Source: an uncultured Bacteroidales bacterium
Lineage (GTDB): Bacteria; Bacteroidota; Bacteroidia; Bacteroidales; BM520
DNA: 64,000 bases
Reading direction: 5' to 3'
NCBI GenBank assembly: GCA_964594665.1
Contig: CAZQNY010000001.1
Coordinates: 9,599-73,598, forward strand
How positions within the stretch are numbered: position 1 is the first letter of the stretch; each line of letters begins with the position of its first letter. The notes under the pieces were generated by a model. That model did not search any database, was not told the DNA's origin, and saw nothing but the letters and a program-made list of their open reading frames with translations. Shown piece by piece: positions 1-10,199 of the stretch. Made by a program: the position numbers and the translations under genes.

Positions 1-1
1 T

Positions 2-514
2 CCCCGTACTGAGGCTATTGCAAAAGTGACGCTCGACACAGAGAAAAATGGCAAATACGGACCGAGCATCAATTATTTCTTTATTGATTCACCATTTGCC
101 ACCGAAAGACCTTACAGGATTCTGGTAAGCCCCAATATAAAGGAGGATTTTTCCAATATCACTGAATCAATGATGGAGAAGGCTCCGAAAATTGAGTTTA
201 TCAAAACCGTATCTGAATTTGGTGAAATGCCACAAATGGGCGTTTATGAGGATGAATTTAAATTTAGTAATACGGGCAAATCAGATCTGATTATCCGAAA
301 TGTAAAAGCCGGATGTGGATGTACTCATACAAAAACATCGCAGGATACCCTTAAACCCGGTGAAAGTGCAGTTTTAAGCTTTGAGTTCCGTAGTGGCCAC
401 AAAAGAGGTAAACAAGATAGCAAAATTACCGTTGTTTCCAATGATCCGTCACAACCTCAGGTGACGTTACACATTGTTGGTGAAGTACTTATTGAAGAAA
501 AGGAGGATAAATAA
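2..514 (+). CDS. DUF1573 domain-containing protein, probably 5'-truncated by the window edge
   Basis: The frame of track ORF 26..514 stays open back to nt 2 with no in-frame stop. The C-terminal ~100 aa (PKIEFIKTV...GCGCTHTK...ITVVSNDPSQPQVTLHIVGEV) look like the DUF1573 beta-sandwich with its GCGC motif. Confidence 0.6.
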   Translation, partial: PRTEAIAKVTLDTEKNGKYGPSINYFFIDSPFATERPYRILVSPNIKEDFSNITESMMEKAPKIEFIKTVSEFGEMPQMGVYEDEFKFSNTGKSDLIIRNVKAGCGCTHTKTSQDTLKPGESAVLSFEFRSGHKRGKQDSKITVVSNDPSQPQVTLHIVGEVLIEEKEDK

Positions 515-515
515 T

Positions 516-1220
516 ATGAATATCGTTATAAGTGGTGCCAGTAGTGGTATCGGTTATCAAACAGCTCGTCAGGCAGCCTTAAATCAGGATAATCTTGTGG
601 TGGCTATTGCCAGAAGTAAAGACAAACTTTCGGCATTGGAACAGGATGTGAAAATGGAAAATCCCAATGCCCGTATCTACACGATCGCTTTTGATCTCGC
701 TGAGGGAGATTATTATGCCCTTTCCCATGAAATTTTTGATATAGCCAATAAATACGATTTGCTGATTAATAATGCCGGATTGTTGATTAACAAGCCTTTA
801 ACAGAGATGTCATCAGCAGATTTTGATGCAATGTATGCTGTTAATACCCGGGCTGTATTTATGCTTTCCAAAACATTGCTTCCCCGCATGCCCAAAGGTT
901 CTCAGATTATAAATATCAGTAGTATGGGCGGTTTTCAGGGTAGTGATAAATTTCCGGGGCTGGGGCTTTATTCTGCAACAAAAGGGGCTGTGGCTGTGCT
1001 GTCTGAATCCATGGCAGCAGAATGGGGTAATAAGGGTATTACTGTAAACTGTTTGTGCCCCGGAGCGGTGGATACAGAAATGCTGAATACCGCATTCCCG
1101 GGGTATAAAGCAACGGTTACTCCTGAACAAATGGCTGCATTTATTCTCGATTTCAGCCAGATGGCTCCGGGAATTATGAATGGCAGAATTATCCCTGTTA
1201 CCATGACTTCACCCAAATAG
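516..1220 (+). CDS. SDR family short-chain dehydrogenase/reductase
   Basis: ATG at 516 is preceded by AGGAGG (501-506). Motifs present: Rossmann ISGASSGIG, NNAG, and catalytic YSATK (YxxxK). The 474-515 extension in the ORF track overlaps the previous gene and is unlikely to be coding. Confidence 0.85.
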   Translation: MNIVISGASSGIGYQTARQAALNQDNLVVAIARSKDKLSALEQDVKMENPNARIYTIAFDLAEGDYYALSHEIFDIANKYDLLINNAGLLINKPLTEMSSADFDAMYAVNTRAVFMLSKTLLPRMPKGSQIINISSMGGFQGSDKFPGLGLYSATKGAVAVLSESMAAEWGNKGITVNCLCPGAVDTEMLNTAFPGYKATVTPEQMAAFILDFSQMAPGIMNGRIIPVTMTSPK

Positions 1221-1263
1221 CAGGAAACTTTTTTTATTTTATGGGTTCTATCAAAGTAAGGTA

Positions 1264-1695
1264 ATGAAAAACGATGATCAGATAAAGCATGAGGGTGTTG
1301 TGCAATCCATTGAGGATGAACAAATAACCGTAATAATACTATCAAAATCAGCCTGTGCCGCTTGTCATGCGAAAGGTGTTTGTGGCCTCGCAGATATGCA
1401 GGAGAAATTGGTTACTGTTCCTCGCAAAGAAAATAATTCACTGAATGTTGGTGATAAAGTGAATGTTACCATGCATTCTTCTTCAGGCGTAAAAGCAGTG
1501 TTCTGGGGCTATATCTTACCTTTCCTGATTGTTTTTATTGTGCTGTTCACACTGCTGTTAACTCTTGAGAATGAAGGCATAGCTGCTATGGCCGCCTTGG
1601 GTTCATTGATACCGTATTATTTGGTTCTTAAGCATTTGCAGCCACAGTTTAAAAAGAAATTTTCCTTTCATCTGGAACCATTTATCGGTGAATAG
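1264..1695 (+). CDS. RseC/MucC (SoxR-reducing system) family protein
   Basis: N-terminal HEGVV...ITV..., a Cys cluster CAACHAKGVC, then two C-terminal TM helices. This layout is typical of RseC-like proteins, which usually precede rnf/rsx operons. Confidence 0.7.
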   Translation: MKNDDQIKHEGVVQSIEDEQITVIILSKSACAACHAKGVCGLADMQEKLVTVPRKENNSLNVGDKVNVTMHSSSGVKAVFWGYILPFLIVFIVLFTLLLTLENEGIAAMAALGSLIPYYLVLKHLQPQFKKKFSFHLEPFIGE

Positions 1696-1762
1696 CGTTT
1701 ATATATGTAAGAATTTGAATATTAACAGGGTATTTAACACAGGTATTTATATTAATTTGATT

Positions 1763-4117
1763 ATGAAAGAGAAAATGAGAATGCTGCTGATGCTGTTTTT
1801 GGTAATCAGTATTGGTAGTTATGCACAGGACAACGTGGTGAAGAATAAGATTATTTCCAAGGCTTATCATTTTGATAAGACTCCGGAATTGCGTAGCATG
1901 AAAGCTATCGCACCTCATTACCGGGAGCGTGCCTGGAAAGATATGATTATAAAAAACCCTTCTGTAGAAATGAGTTTTGAAAATAATCAGGAAGGAATGC
2001 TTGCCCCCACATACGACCCTACTTTGCAAATGAATGACGGATCAAAACAAACCCGCGGCCCGGAGCTGAGTATTCAGGGTATTGGTAACGTGAATGGTGT
2101 ATATCCTCCTGATACCGATGGTGATGTGGGTCCTGACCATTATGTCCAAATGATTAATCTTTCGTTCGCCGTTTGGGACAAAGAGGGGAATCTACTTTAT
2201 GGTCCGGTAGATAACAGTACCCTGTGGCAGGGTTTTGTTGGCCCCTGGACTGGTACCAACGATGGCGACCCGATTGTTTTGTATGATGATATGGCCGACC
2301 GCTGGGTAGCAAGTCAGTTTGCTGTTAATGTGGGGAATGGAAAGTATTATGAGCTTGTGGCTGTTTCTGCTACACCTGATCCCATGGGCGAGTGGTATCG
2401 CTACGCCTTTGAATATGACGTTTTCGTTGATTATCCCAAACTTGGTGTTTGGAGTGATGCCTACTATATGACAACCAATAACTTTAACGGTGGTTTCGTT
2501 GGTATTGGCGCCCACGCCTATGAGCGGGAAGCTATGCTGGAAGGTGATCCGGATGCTCAGATGGCCTATTTTGAGCTTAATTCATGGGTGGGGTTCTCAA
2601 TGCAACCCGCCGATTGTGATGGTATTGCACCTCCGGAAGGTGAACCCGGTGTTTTTGTCGTAAAAGGTGATAACAACGACCTTGACGTGTATGAATTTTC
2701 TGTTGACTGGGAAAATCCTGATAATACAACTTTTGATTTGCAATATAGTATCCCTGTTACCTATTATAATAGTAATGTGTGGGGAATTACACAGCCCAAT
2801 ACCAGCCAGGAACTCGATGCCCTCTCAAGCATGATTATGTACCGCATGCAATACCGTAATATGGGCGACCACCAGGCAATGGTGCTTAACCACACCGTGA
2901 AATCCGGTGGCGTTGCCGGTATCCGGTGGTATGAATTGCGGAAAACTGACGCCCAATGGGAATTATATCAGGAAGGTACTTATGCCCCGGGAGATGGACT
3001 TAACAGATGGATGGGAAGTATTGCCATGAATGCGAATGGTGATATAGCCCTGGGATATACAGTTTCAAGTGCTGACGTATATCCATCGATAAGGTATACT
3101 GGCCGTGCTGCTGAAGACCCGCTGGGAGAAATGACCTTTGGTGAAGTGGATGCAATGCCCGGAAGCGGATCCCAAACAAATATCAGCAGATGGGGTGATT
3201 ATAGCAATACCTCTGTAGACCCTGCTAATGATTCAGTTTTCTGGCATACCAATGAATATATGACCAATAGCTGGAAAACACGTGTTATTTCATTTACCTT
3301 TAGCCCTCCAAAGGCACCTGAAGTTAATGCCGGCCCGGATACAACGATTTGTTCCAACAAAATTTATGATACGCAGGCTGCTACAGGTAAGTACTTTTCA
3401 TCCATATACTGGGAAACTTCCGGTGATGGCCGTTTCCTGCCTTCCGGTGAGGTTTTACATACCGATTATATGAGAGGTAGCGGCGATATTGATAATGGTC
3501 AGGTTACCCTCTCTGTTTATGCAACAGGTTATGGCAGTACCGGGCAGGTGGCAGATTCCATGTTCCTATACATCCAGGATTTACCACGTGCTTTTGCAGG
3601 GGTGGATACGACTGTGTGTAATAATGATGTCGTGCAGCTTCATGGTACCATTGAAAAAGCCAGCTCTTCGGAATGGACTACCGAAGGCGATGGCTATTTC
3701 GATGACCCAACATCGTTAAATGCAATTTATTACCCGGGTGAAGAGGATATCGCTGACGGCGATGTGCAGTTACGTCTGTTTGCTTATGCCATTGCCCCTT
3801 GCCTCGAGTCGCATAACGACAAAAAGAAAATCACTTTTGATAACTGTGTTGGTCAAACAGAATTTAATGCTGAAATGTTATATTCTGCAACACCCAACCC
3901 TGTTACAGATATGCTTAATGTATCTGTTTTACCGCAAAAAAAGGAAGTAAATATTCAGATTATTGATCCTCGTGGTAAAGAGGTATTTATAAGTAGGCTT
4001 GACGCTTTTGAATCGCGTACATTATTCTATGATTTTAAAGACTTGCCTGCAGGTATTTATATTCTTTCTGTTCGCAGTGGTGATAGTGTTTTCAATGAAA
4101 AGCTCATTGTGAAGTAG
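1763..4117 (+). CDS. Secreted propeller-like protein with two tandem ~70-aa modules and a T9SS C-terminal sorting domain
   Basis: ATG at 1763 gives the signal peptide MKEKMRMLLMLFLVISIGSYAQ. Two homologous modules lie at nt 3317-3530 and 3584-3790. The last ~80 aa (NPVTDMLNVSV...GIYILSVRSGDSVFNEKLIVK) resemble a type A Por/T9SS CTD. The catalytic or binding function is unknown. Confidence 0.7.
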   Translation: MKEKMRMLLMLFLVISIGSYAQDNVVKNKIISKAYHFDKTPELRSMKAIAPHYRERAWKDMIIKNPSVEMSFENNQEGMLAPTYDPTLQMNDGSKQTRGPELSIQGIGNVNGVYPPDTDGDVGPDHYVQMINLSFAVWDKEGNLLYGPVDNSTLWQGFVGPWTGTNDGDPIVLYDDMADRWVASQFAVNVGNGKYYELVAVSATPDPMGEWYRYAFEYDVFVDYPKLGVWSDAYYMTTNNFNGGFVGIGAHAYEREAMLEGDPDAQMAYFELNSWVGFSMQPADCDGIAPPEGEPGVFVVKGDNNDLDVYEFSVDWENPDNTTFDLQYSIPVTYYNSNVWGITQPNTSQELDALSSMIMYRMQYRNMGDHQAMVLNHTVKSGGVAGIRWYELRKTDAQWELYQEGTYAPGDGLNRWMGSIAMNANGDIALGYTVSSADVYPSIRYTGRAAEDPLGEMTFGEVDAMPGSGSQTNISRWGDYSNTSVDPANDSVFWHTNEYMTNSWKTRVISFTFSPPKAPEVNAGPDTTICSNKIYDTQAATGKYFSSIYWETSGDGRFLPSGEVLHTDYMRGSGDIDNGQVTLSVYATGYGSTGQVADSMFLYIQDLPRAFAGVDTTVCNNDVVQLHGTIEKASSSEWTTEGDGYFDDPTSLNAIYYPGEEDIADGDVQLRLFAYAIAPCLESHNDKKKITFDNCVGQTEFNAEMLYSATPNPVTDMLNVSVLPQKKEVNIQIIDPRGKEVFISRLDAFESRTLFYDFKDLPAGIYILSVRSGDSVFNEKLIVK

Positions 4118-4176
4118 TATTACGAACGAGAGATTAAATTTAGACTTCTTCTAAATAATAGATATAAAAAATTGAT

Positions 4177-4208
4177 AATCAGCATCTTTAGGGTGCTGAT
4201 TTTTTTTA
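4177..4208 (+). terminator. Rho-independent terminator after the 1763-4117 gene
   Basis: 8-bp stem AATCAGCA / TGCTGATT (4177-4184 and 4194-4201) with a 9-nt loop, running into a T-run to 4207. Confidence 0.7.
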
Positions 4209-4303
4209 TACCCATATTTAAATTTGTTAAGTGCCTGTTTTTTAGGTTTTTACGGATTAATAAATTAACTTAAATCTGATAATGCTTCATTCATCAGGTT
4301 TTA

Positions 4304-4311
4304 TAATTTTG
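4304..4311 (+). promoter_or_regulatory. Candidate Bacteroidota -7 box (TAnnTTTG) upstream of rnfB
   Basis: TAATTTTG ends 28 nt before the rnfB start. A second match, TAAATTTG, lies at 4219-4226. Confidence 0.45.
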
Positions 4312-4338
4312 TGATTCCATCAAAACAATACCAAAAAA

Positions 4339-5208
4339 TTGATTATTGTGAATAATGTGATTCTTTACGCGGTAGTATCGTTAGGAGCAATAGGAGTTGC
4401 CGCTGCCGTAATTCTCTATTTCATTGCGCAAAAGTTCAAGGTAGTAGAAGATCCCCGGATTGATGTTGTCGATGACATCCTTCCCGGCGCCAATTGTGGT
4501 GGCTGTGGCTTTGCCGGCTGCCGTAGCCTGGCCGAAGCCATTGTAAAAAAAGAAAGCCTGGAAGGGTTTAATTGTCCTGTCGGTGGTGCCGAAGTGATGT
4601 CGCAAATTGGTGATGCCCTCGGCCTTGTGGTAGAGGAATCGGAGCCAATGATCGCCGTGGTGCGCTGCAATGGTTCCAAAGCCAATGCAGAGGGGAAAGT
4701 TGACTTTGACGGCCCTGCAAGTTGTGCTTTTGCTCATAGCCTGTATGCCGGCGAGAGTGGATGCCCCAACGGTTGTCTTGGCCTTGGCGATTGCGTGGCC
4801 TCATGTGCCTTCGATGCGATCTACATTGATGAAGAAACCGGCCTGCCGGTTGTTAGTGATGATAAATGTGTCGCATGTGGCGCATGTGTTAAAGCATGCC
4901 CAAGAAACATTATCGAACTGCGCAAAAAAGGTAAAAAAGACCGTCGCATCTTTGTGTCCTGTGTGAATACTGAAAAAGGTGCCCCTGCAAAGAAAAACTG
5001 TAGTGTCGCCTGTATCGGTTGTGGGAAATGTGTCAAAATATGTCCCTTTGAAGCTATTACGCTTAAAAATAACCTGGCATATATTGACTTTGAGAAGTGT
5101 AAACTCTGCCGTAAATGCGTGGCTGAGTGCCCCACAGGTGCCATTCATGAACTGAACTTTCCTCCCAGGAAACCCAAAGTTCCCAAAACAGAAGAAGCTT
5201 CTGCTTAA
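4339..5208 (+). CDS. rnfB: Rnf electron transport complex subunit B (Fe-S)
   Basis: N-terminal TM helix, a CGGCGFAGC motif, and several CxxCxxCxxxCP ferredoxin motifs. It is the first gene of the rnfBCDGEA order. The start is TTG or GTG; there is no in-frame ATG nearby. Confidence 0.9.
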   Translation: MIIVNNVILYAVVSLGAIGVAAAVILYFIAQKFKVVEDPRIDVVDDILPGANCGGCGFAGCRSLAEAIVKKESLEGFNCPVGGAEVMSQIGDALGLVVEESEPMIAVVRCNGSKANAEGKVDFDGPASCAFAHSLYAGESGCPNGCLGLGDCVASCAFDAIYIDEETGLPVVSDDKCVACGACVKACPRNIIELRKKGKKDRRIFVSCVNTEKGAPAKKNCSVACIGCGKCVKICPFEAITLKNNLAYIDFEKCKLCRKCVAECPTGAIHELNFPPRKPKVPKTEEASA

Positions 5209-5250
5209 CTAGTTATGAAAAAATGATTGTAAACATAAAAAAATAACACC

Positions 5251-6582
5251 TTGAAAACATTTGCTAAAGGCGGAGTACATCCCGCAGAAAATAAAATCGC
5301 CGCGAATGCACCTGTTGAGGTGATGCCAATACCAAAAAAAGCTTATATCCCCGTTTCCCAACATCTTGGCGTTCCCGCAAAACCCGTTGTTAAACGTGGT
5401 GATATGATAAAAGTTGGTACCCTGATCGCGAAAGGTGAAGCTTTCATTTCTGCAAATGTCCACTCTTCTGTTTCTGGGAAAGTGGTAAAACTCGACAACT
5501 GGATCGATACCTCCGGATATAAACGCCAAATGGTTATCGTTGATGTTGATGGCGATGAGTGGGAAGAATCAATTGACCGCACTCCGGATATTGTCAGAGA
5601 TATTAAATTGTCGAAAGAGGAAATTATTGCCCGCATAAAAGATATGGGGGTCGTTGGCCTTGGTGGTGCCACTTTCCCTTCTCATGTAAAACTTATGGTT
5701 CCGGAAGGTAAAAAGTGCGATGTCCTGCTGATAAATGGTGTGGAATGTGAACCTTACCTTACTTCCGACCACCGGGTAATGCTCGAAAGAGGAGAAGAGA
5801 TGCTTATTGGTATCTCTATTCTTATGAAAGCACTGGATATTAACAAAGCAATGGTGGGTATCGAGAACAATAAACCTGATGCCATTGCTCATCTGACAAA
5901 ACTTTCGAAAGATTTTCCGGGAATTACCATCCATCCGCTTAAAGTAAAATATCCCCAGGGTGCTGAAAAACAGCTTATCAAGGCTTTGATAAACCGTGAA
6001 GTCCCCAGCGGTCGACTACCTATTGAAGTAGGTGCTGTGGTGAATAATTCTGGTACTGCCCTGGCGGTATATGAAGCCGTACAAAAAAATAAACCCTTAT
6101 TCGAACGTGTTGTAACCGTAACAGGAAAATCAGTTGATAAACCATCAAACTTCCTGACACGTGTGGGAACGCCCATATCAGAGCTTCTTGAAAAAGCCGG
6201 TGGACTTCCTGAGGATACAGGAAAAATTATTAATGGCGGCCCCATGATGGGTAAAGCAATTACCAGTACAGATATACCGGTTTCAAAGGGTTCATCCGGA
6301 ATATTATTGATGAAAAAAGCGGAAAGCGTACGGCCCGAACCACTTACCTGTATCCGTTGTGGGAAATGTGTTCATGCATGCCCCATGGGTCTTGAACCTT
6401 TCCATATTTCTCTTATGGCTCGTCATCAAAAATGGGAAGAAGCCGAAAAAGCACATGTTATGGACTGTATCGAGTGCGGCTCATGTCAGTTTGCTTGTCC
6501 TTCTGCTCGCCCATTGCTCGATTATATGCGGTTAGGTAAACAAACCGTTGGTCAAATAATTCGAAACAGAGGTAAAAAATAA
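5251..6582 (+). CDS. rnfC: Rnf electron transport complex subunit C
   Basis: Motifs present: KGGVHP, NGVECEPYLTSD, and two 4Fe-4S motifs (CIRCGKCVHACP and CIECGSCQFACP). TTG start. Confidence 0.92.
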   Translation: MKTFAKGGVHPAENKIAANAPVEVMPIPKKAYIPVSQHLGVPAKPVVKRGDMIKVGTLIAKGEAFISANVHSSVSGKVVKLDNWIDTSGYKRQMVIVDVDGDEWEESIDRTPDIVRDIKLSKEEIIARIKDMGVVGLGGATFPSHVKLMVPEGKKCDVLLINGVECEPYLTSDHRVMLERGEEMLIGISILMKALDINKAMVGIENNKPDAIAHLTKLSKDFPGITIHPLKVKYPQGAEKQLIKALINREVPSGRLPIEVGAVVNNSGTALAVYEAVQKNKPLFERVVTVTGKSVDKPSNFLTRVGTPISELLEKAGGLPEDTGKIINGGPMMGKAITSTDIPVSKGSSGILLMKKAESVRPEPLTCIRCGKCVHACPMGLEPFHISLMARHQKWEEAEKAHVMDCIECGSCQFACPSARPLLDYMRLGKQTVGQIIRNRGKK

Positions 6583-6585
6583 GAT

Positions 6586-7584
6586 ATGAGTTTACTTAAA
6601 GTCAGTGGTTCTCCACATGTTCATGGAGAGCAATCAGTATCAAAAATCATGCTCGGTGTCAATATTGCATTGATTCCTGCCGTGCTGGTTTCTCTGTACT
6701 TCTATGGCCTCGGTGCTCTGAAAGTTTTGGTTATTGCTATTGCAGCATCCCTGCTTTTTGAGTTCCTTATCCAGAAGTATCTTATCAAAGGAAAAAGCAC
6801 ACTTGGTGACTATTCCGCATTATTAACAGGTGTTCTGCTTGCCTTAAATGTACCCAGCAGCCTGCCATGGTATATGATTATTATTGGTGCCCTGGTTGCG
6901 ATAGGCATTGGTAAAATGTCGTTCGGTGGGTTAGGAAAAAACATCTTTAACCCTGCTTTGGTGGGAAGGGTTTTCCTTTTGGTTTCCTTCCCTGTACAGA
7001 TGACTACCTGGCCAAAAGCAGTAGCAGCACGTTCACATTTGTTCTTCAATGGCGTGGATCAGTCGCTGCTCGACTCGGTAACAGGCCCCACACCGCTGGG
7101 TCACCTTGCCGAACAAGGTGTAATGCCACATCCTGAATATCTTGATTACCTTATGGGTAGCATGGGCGGTTCGCTGGGAGAAATTTCTGCTATAGCATTG
7201 TTGCTTGGTGGCGCTTTTATGTTGTATAAGAAAATTATCACCTGGGAAATCCCTGTGGCATTCCTGGGATCTGCTGCTGTGCTCTCCGGCATCTTTTGGC
7301 TCGTGGATCCTACCCAGTATGCCGACCCACTGTTCCATCTCATTACTGGTGGTATGCTTCTCGGCGCTATCTTTATGGCAACAGATATGGTCTCTTCACC
7401 TATGAGCAGGGGAGGGCAGCTTGTTTTTGGCGCCGGTTGTGGTATCCTGACTATTCTTATTCGTATCTGGGGCGCATATCCCGAGGGTGTCTCTTTTGCA
7501 ATTCTTATTATGAATGCTTTTGTGCCACTTATCGACAGAGCTTTTAAACCTAAACTTTTTGGGGAGGTAGTTAAAAATGGCTAA
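6586..7584 (+). CDS. rnfD: Rnf electron transport complex subunit D
   Basis: Polytopic membrane protein with SGSPHVH near the N-terminus and a TGPTPLG flavin-attachment region, typical of RnfD/NqrB. Confidence 0.92.
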   Translation: MSLLKVSGSPHVHGEQSVSKIMLGVNIALIPAVLVSLYFYGLGALKVLVIAIAASLLFEFLIQKYLIKGKSTLGDYSALLTGVLLALNVPSSLPWYMIIIGALVAIGIGKMSFGGLGKNIFNPALVGRVFLLVSFPVQMTTWPKAVAARSHLFFNGVDQSLLDSVTGPTPLGHLAEQGVMPHPEYLDYLMGSMGGSLGEISAIALLLGGAFMLYKKIITWEIPVAFLGSAAVLSGIFWLVDPTQYADPLFHLITGGMLLGAIFMATDMVSSPMSRGGQLVFGAGCGILTILIRIWGAYPEGVSFAILIMNAFVPLIDRAFKPKLFGEVVKNG

Positions 7585-8158
7585 AAAATTAGAATCAACA
7601 TTTATTAATATGGTACTGGTGCTCTTTTTGGTAACCGGTATCGCAGCCCTGGCTCTTGGTGCAGTCTACTCTGCAACAAAAGAACCCATCGAAGAGGCTA
7701 AAGCACTGAAACTAAAGACTGCAATAGAGAATGTCGTCCCTGAATTTGATGAATATACCGAAACAGAGGTGATGCCTGCTGAGGGAAAAGATCCGCTGAC
7801 TTTTTATATCGCCAAAAAAGGCGGTCAGGTTGTAGGTACAGCAGTGAAGACCTATACAGATAATGGTTTCTCCGGCAGAATATCTATCATGGTAGGATTT
7901 ACTCCTGACGGTAATATATTCAATACTGCCGTACTGGAACATAAAGAAACCCCCGGATTGGGAGATAAAATGGATCCGGCAAAATCGGATTTTACAAAAC
8001 AATTTATGGGTAAAAACCCGGCAGATTTTAAACTCAGCGTAACAAAAGACGGTGGTGATGTGGATGCCATCACAGCTGCAACAATAAGTTCAAGAGCTTT
8101 TTGCGATGCCACTGAACGTGCGTTTAAGGCTTTTGTAGCGGAAGGAGGTAACCAATGA
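7577..8158 (+). CDS. rnfG: Rnf electron transport complex subunit G (FMN-binding)
   Basis: Single N-terminal TM helix and an FMN_bind-type motif [12 protein letters not shown]. It overlaps rnfD by 8 nt. Confidence 0.9.
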   Translation: MAKKLESTFINMVLVLFLVTGIAALALGAVYSATKEPIEEAKALKLKTAIENVVPEFDEYTETEVMPAEGKDPLTFYIAKKGGQVVGTAVKTYTDNGFSGRISIMVGFTPDGNIFNTAVLEHKETPGLGDKMDPAKSDFTKQFMGKNPADFKLSVTKDGGDVDAITAATISSRAFCDATERAFKAFVAEGGNQ

Positions 8159-8742
8159 GTCAATGGAAAAATTTCACCAAAGGATTTATAAAAGAAAATC
8201 CTGTATTTGTTCTCCTTTTGGGAATGTGTCCCACGCTGGGGGTCACAACTTCGGCCATTAATGGTTTGGGTATGGGCCTGGCAACAACCTTTGTACTGGT
8301 GATGTCCAATCTTGTAATTTCACTGGTAAAAAACCTTGTTCCCGACAAAGTCCGTATTCCTGTATTTATTGTGATTATCGCTTCATTCGTAACAATAGTA
8401 GACCTGGCATTAGCAGCTTATGTGCCTTCATTGCATGCACAGCTGGGACTCTTTATTCCGCTTATTGTTGTGAACTGTATCGTTCTGGGAAGAGCAGAGG
8501 CCTTTGCATCCAAAAACAATATTGGTTCATCGATTATCGATGGATTTGGAATGGGCCTTGGCTTTGCCTTTGCCTTAACCCTTTTAGGTGCCGTACGTGA
8601 AATGCTTGGAAGTGGTTCTATCTTTGGACAAAAATTTCTTGCCGGTGACGGAATGCTTGTTTTTGTTCTTGCTCCGGGTGCATTCCTGGCATTGGGATAT
8701 CTAATAGCCCTTATGAACAGGATTACTAAAAAAGATGCTTAA
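8155..8742 (+). CDS. rnfE: Rnf electron transport complex subunit E
   Basis: Polytopic RnfE/NqrD-type sequence ([19 protein letters not shown]). It overlaps rnfG by 4 nt (ATGA). Confidence 0.92.
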   Translation: MSQWKNFTKGFIKENPVFVLLLGMCPTLGVTTSAINGLGMGLATTFVLVMSNLVISLVKNLVPDKVRIPVFIVIIASFVTIVDLALAAYVPSLHAQLGLFIPLIVVNCIVLGRAEAFASKNNIGSSIIDGFGMGLGFAFALTLLGAVREMLGSGSIFGQKFLAGDGMLVFVLAPGAFLALGYLIALMNRITKKDA

Positions 8743-8761
8743 CCCCTAAAACGTTTTTGTT

Positions 8762-9337
8762 ATGAAAGAATATTTGATCATACTTATATCTGCGGTTTTT
8801 GTAAATAATATCGTACTGGCACAGTTTCTGGGGATATGTCCTTTCCTGGGTGTTTCCAAAAAAGTGCAAACCTCTGCAGGGATGGCCGGTGCAGTACTTT
8901 TTGTTATGACACTTGCAACTATTGTAACATGGTTAATCCAACAATATGTCCTTGACCCGCTGAATCTTCAGTTTCTGCAAACAATCTCTTTTATCCTGGT
9001 AATTGCATCTCTGGTGCAAATGGTGGAAATTGTGCTGAAAAAAGCCAGCCCTTCACTCTATCAGGCGCTGGGTATATTCCTGCCCCTGATTACCACCAAC
9101 TGTGCCGTTCTTGGCGTGGCTCTTCTGACAATACAAAAAGACCTGAACCTTGGTCAGGGAGTAGTTTTCGCTGTTGCCAACGCCATTGGTTTTGGCCTTG
9201 CTCTGATTATTTTTGCAGGAATACGCGAACACCTTGATAATATGGAAGTACCCAAAGGAATGCGAGGTGTGCCTATAGCTCTGGTTACTGCAGGCATCCT
9301 TGCTCTTGCTTTTATGGGTTTCTCAGGATTGGTATAA
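8762..9337 (+). CDS. rnfA: Rnf electron transport complex subunit A
   Basis: RnfA/NqrE-type sequence ([22 protein letters not shown]). It is the last gene of the operon and is followed by a hairpin plus T-run. Confidence 0.92.
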   Translation: MKEYLIILISAVFVNNIVLAQFLGICPFLGVSKKVQTSAGMAGAVLFVMTLATIVTWLIQQYVLDPLNLQFLQTISFILVIASLVQMVEIVLKKASPSLYQALGIFLPLITTNCAVLGVALLTIQKDLNLGQGVVFAVANAIGFGLALIIFAGIREHLDNMEVPKGMRGVPIALVTAGILALAFMGFSGLV

Positions 9338-9356
9338 AAATAAGATATCCGATTAC

Positions 9357-9386
9357 AAAAGCCGGTGTTAATGCCGGCTTTTTTGG
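9357..9386 (+). terminator. Bidirectional terminator shared by the convergent rnfA and sfsA genes
   Basis: 9-bp stem AAAAGCCGG / CCGGCTTTT (9357-9365 and 9374-9382). It is flanked by an A-run on one side and a T-run on the other. The sfsA stop codon lies in the loop. Confidence 0.7.
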
Positions 9387-10075
9387 TTTATCCATGGTAT
9401 CACTTCGCCTATGGTAATATCCTGTGGTGTTACGTGTGCCATAATAGGAATCACCTCAACACCGTTTTCATATGCTGTATACAGTTCATTCGAATAATCC
9501 GGGTCTAGGTCATGGGCAGCATCAAAATATTTTACATCACAACGTTGAATGATGTAAAGCATCACGGCACGATATCCTTCGGTTTTGACTTTTTGAAGTG
9601 TTTTGAGATGTTTCAACCCCCTTGATGTAACGGCATCAGGAAACAATGCGTAATTACCCTCTTTCCATGTGACATTCTTTACTTCAATAAAGCATTTCTC
9701 CTTCTCATTTTCAGCATATACATCAAAACGGCTGTCGCCATACTTTACTTCCCGCTTTACAGTAGTATACCCCCTTAGTTTTTCTATTAATCCACCCTTT
9801 ATTGCTTCAAATGCCAGCGTATTGGGATTCGATGTATTGATGCCAACCCAGTTATCGTTGATTTCTATCATTTCCCATGTGAATTTTGTCTTTCTCTTTG
9901 GGTCATTAACCGGGGATAAATAAACGTTTGCGCCGGGTTCAAGACAGCTCTTCATGCTGCCGGAATTGGTACAATGTGCAGTAACAATACTCCCATCTTC
10001 AAGTTCTACATCAGTGAGGAAACGTTTATACCGTTTTATTAGTTTTCCGGCTACCAAAGGTGTATTAAATTTCAT
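9368..10075 (-). CDS. sfsA: Sugar fermentation stimulation protein SfsA (DNA/RNA nuclease SfsA family)
   Basis: Starting at ATG 10075 the protein reads MKFNTPLVAGKLIKRYKRFLTDVEL...HCTNSGSM, a typical SfsA N-terminus. A candidate -7 box lies at 10100-10107. Confidence 0.88.
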   Translation of the reverse strand: MKFNTPLVAGKLIKRYKRFLTDVELEDGSIVTAHCTNSGSMKSCLEPGANVYLSPVNDPKRKTKFTWEMIEINDNWVGINTSNPNTLAFEAIKGGLIEKLRGYTTVKREVKYGDSRFDVYAENEKEKCFIEVKNVTWKEGNYALFPDAVTSRGLKHLKTLQKVKTEGYRAVMLYIIQRCDVKYFDAAHDLDPDYSNELYTAYENGVEVIPIMAHVTPQDITIGEVIPWINQKSRH

Positions 10076-10099
10076 GTTGTCTGGTTTTGCAAAAAAAAA

Positions 10100-10107
10100 C
10101 AAATCTA
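10100..10107 (-). promoter_or_regulatory. Candidate -7 box upstream of sfsA
   Basis: Minus-strand TAGATTTG, 25 nt upstream of ATG 10075. Confidence 0.4.
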
Positions 10108-10199
10108 TGGCGTTTTTGTTTATCCATAGCAAGTGATTAAAATAAATGTGTATATTTAGGTGATCACATTGTTTAATATCTAATCATTAACGAATTACT

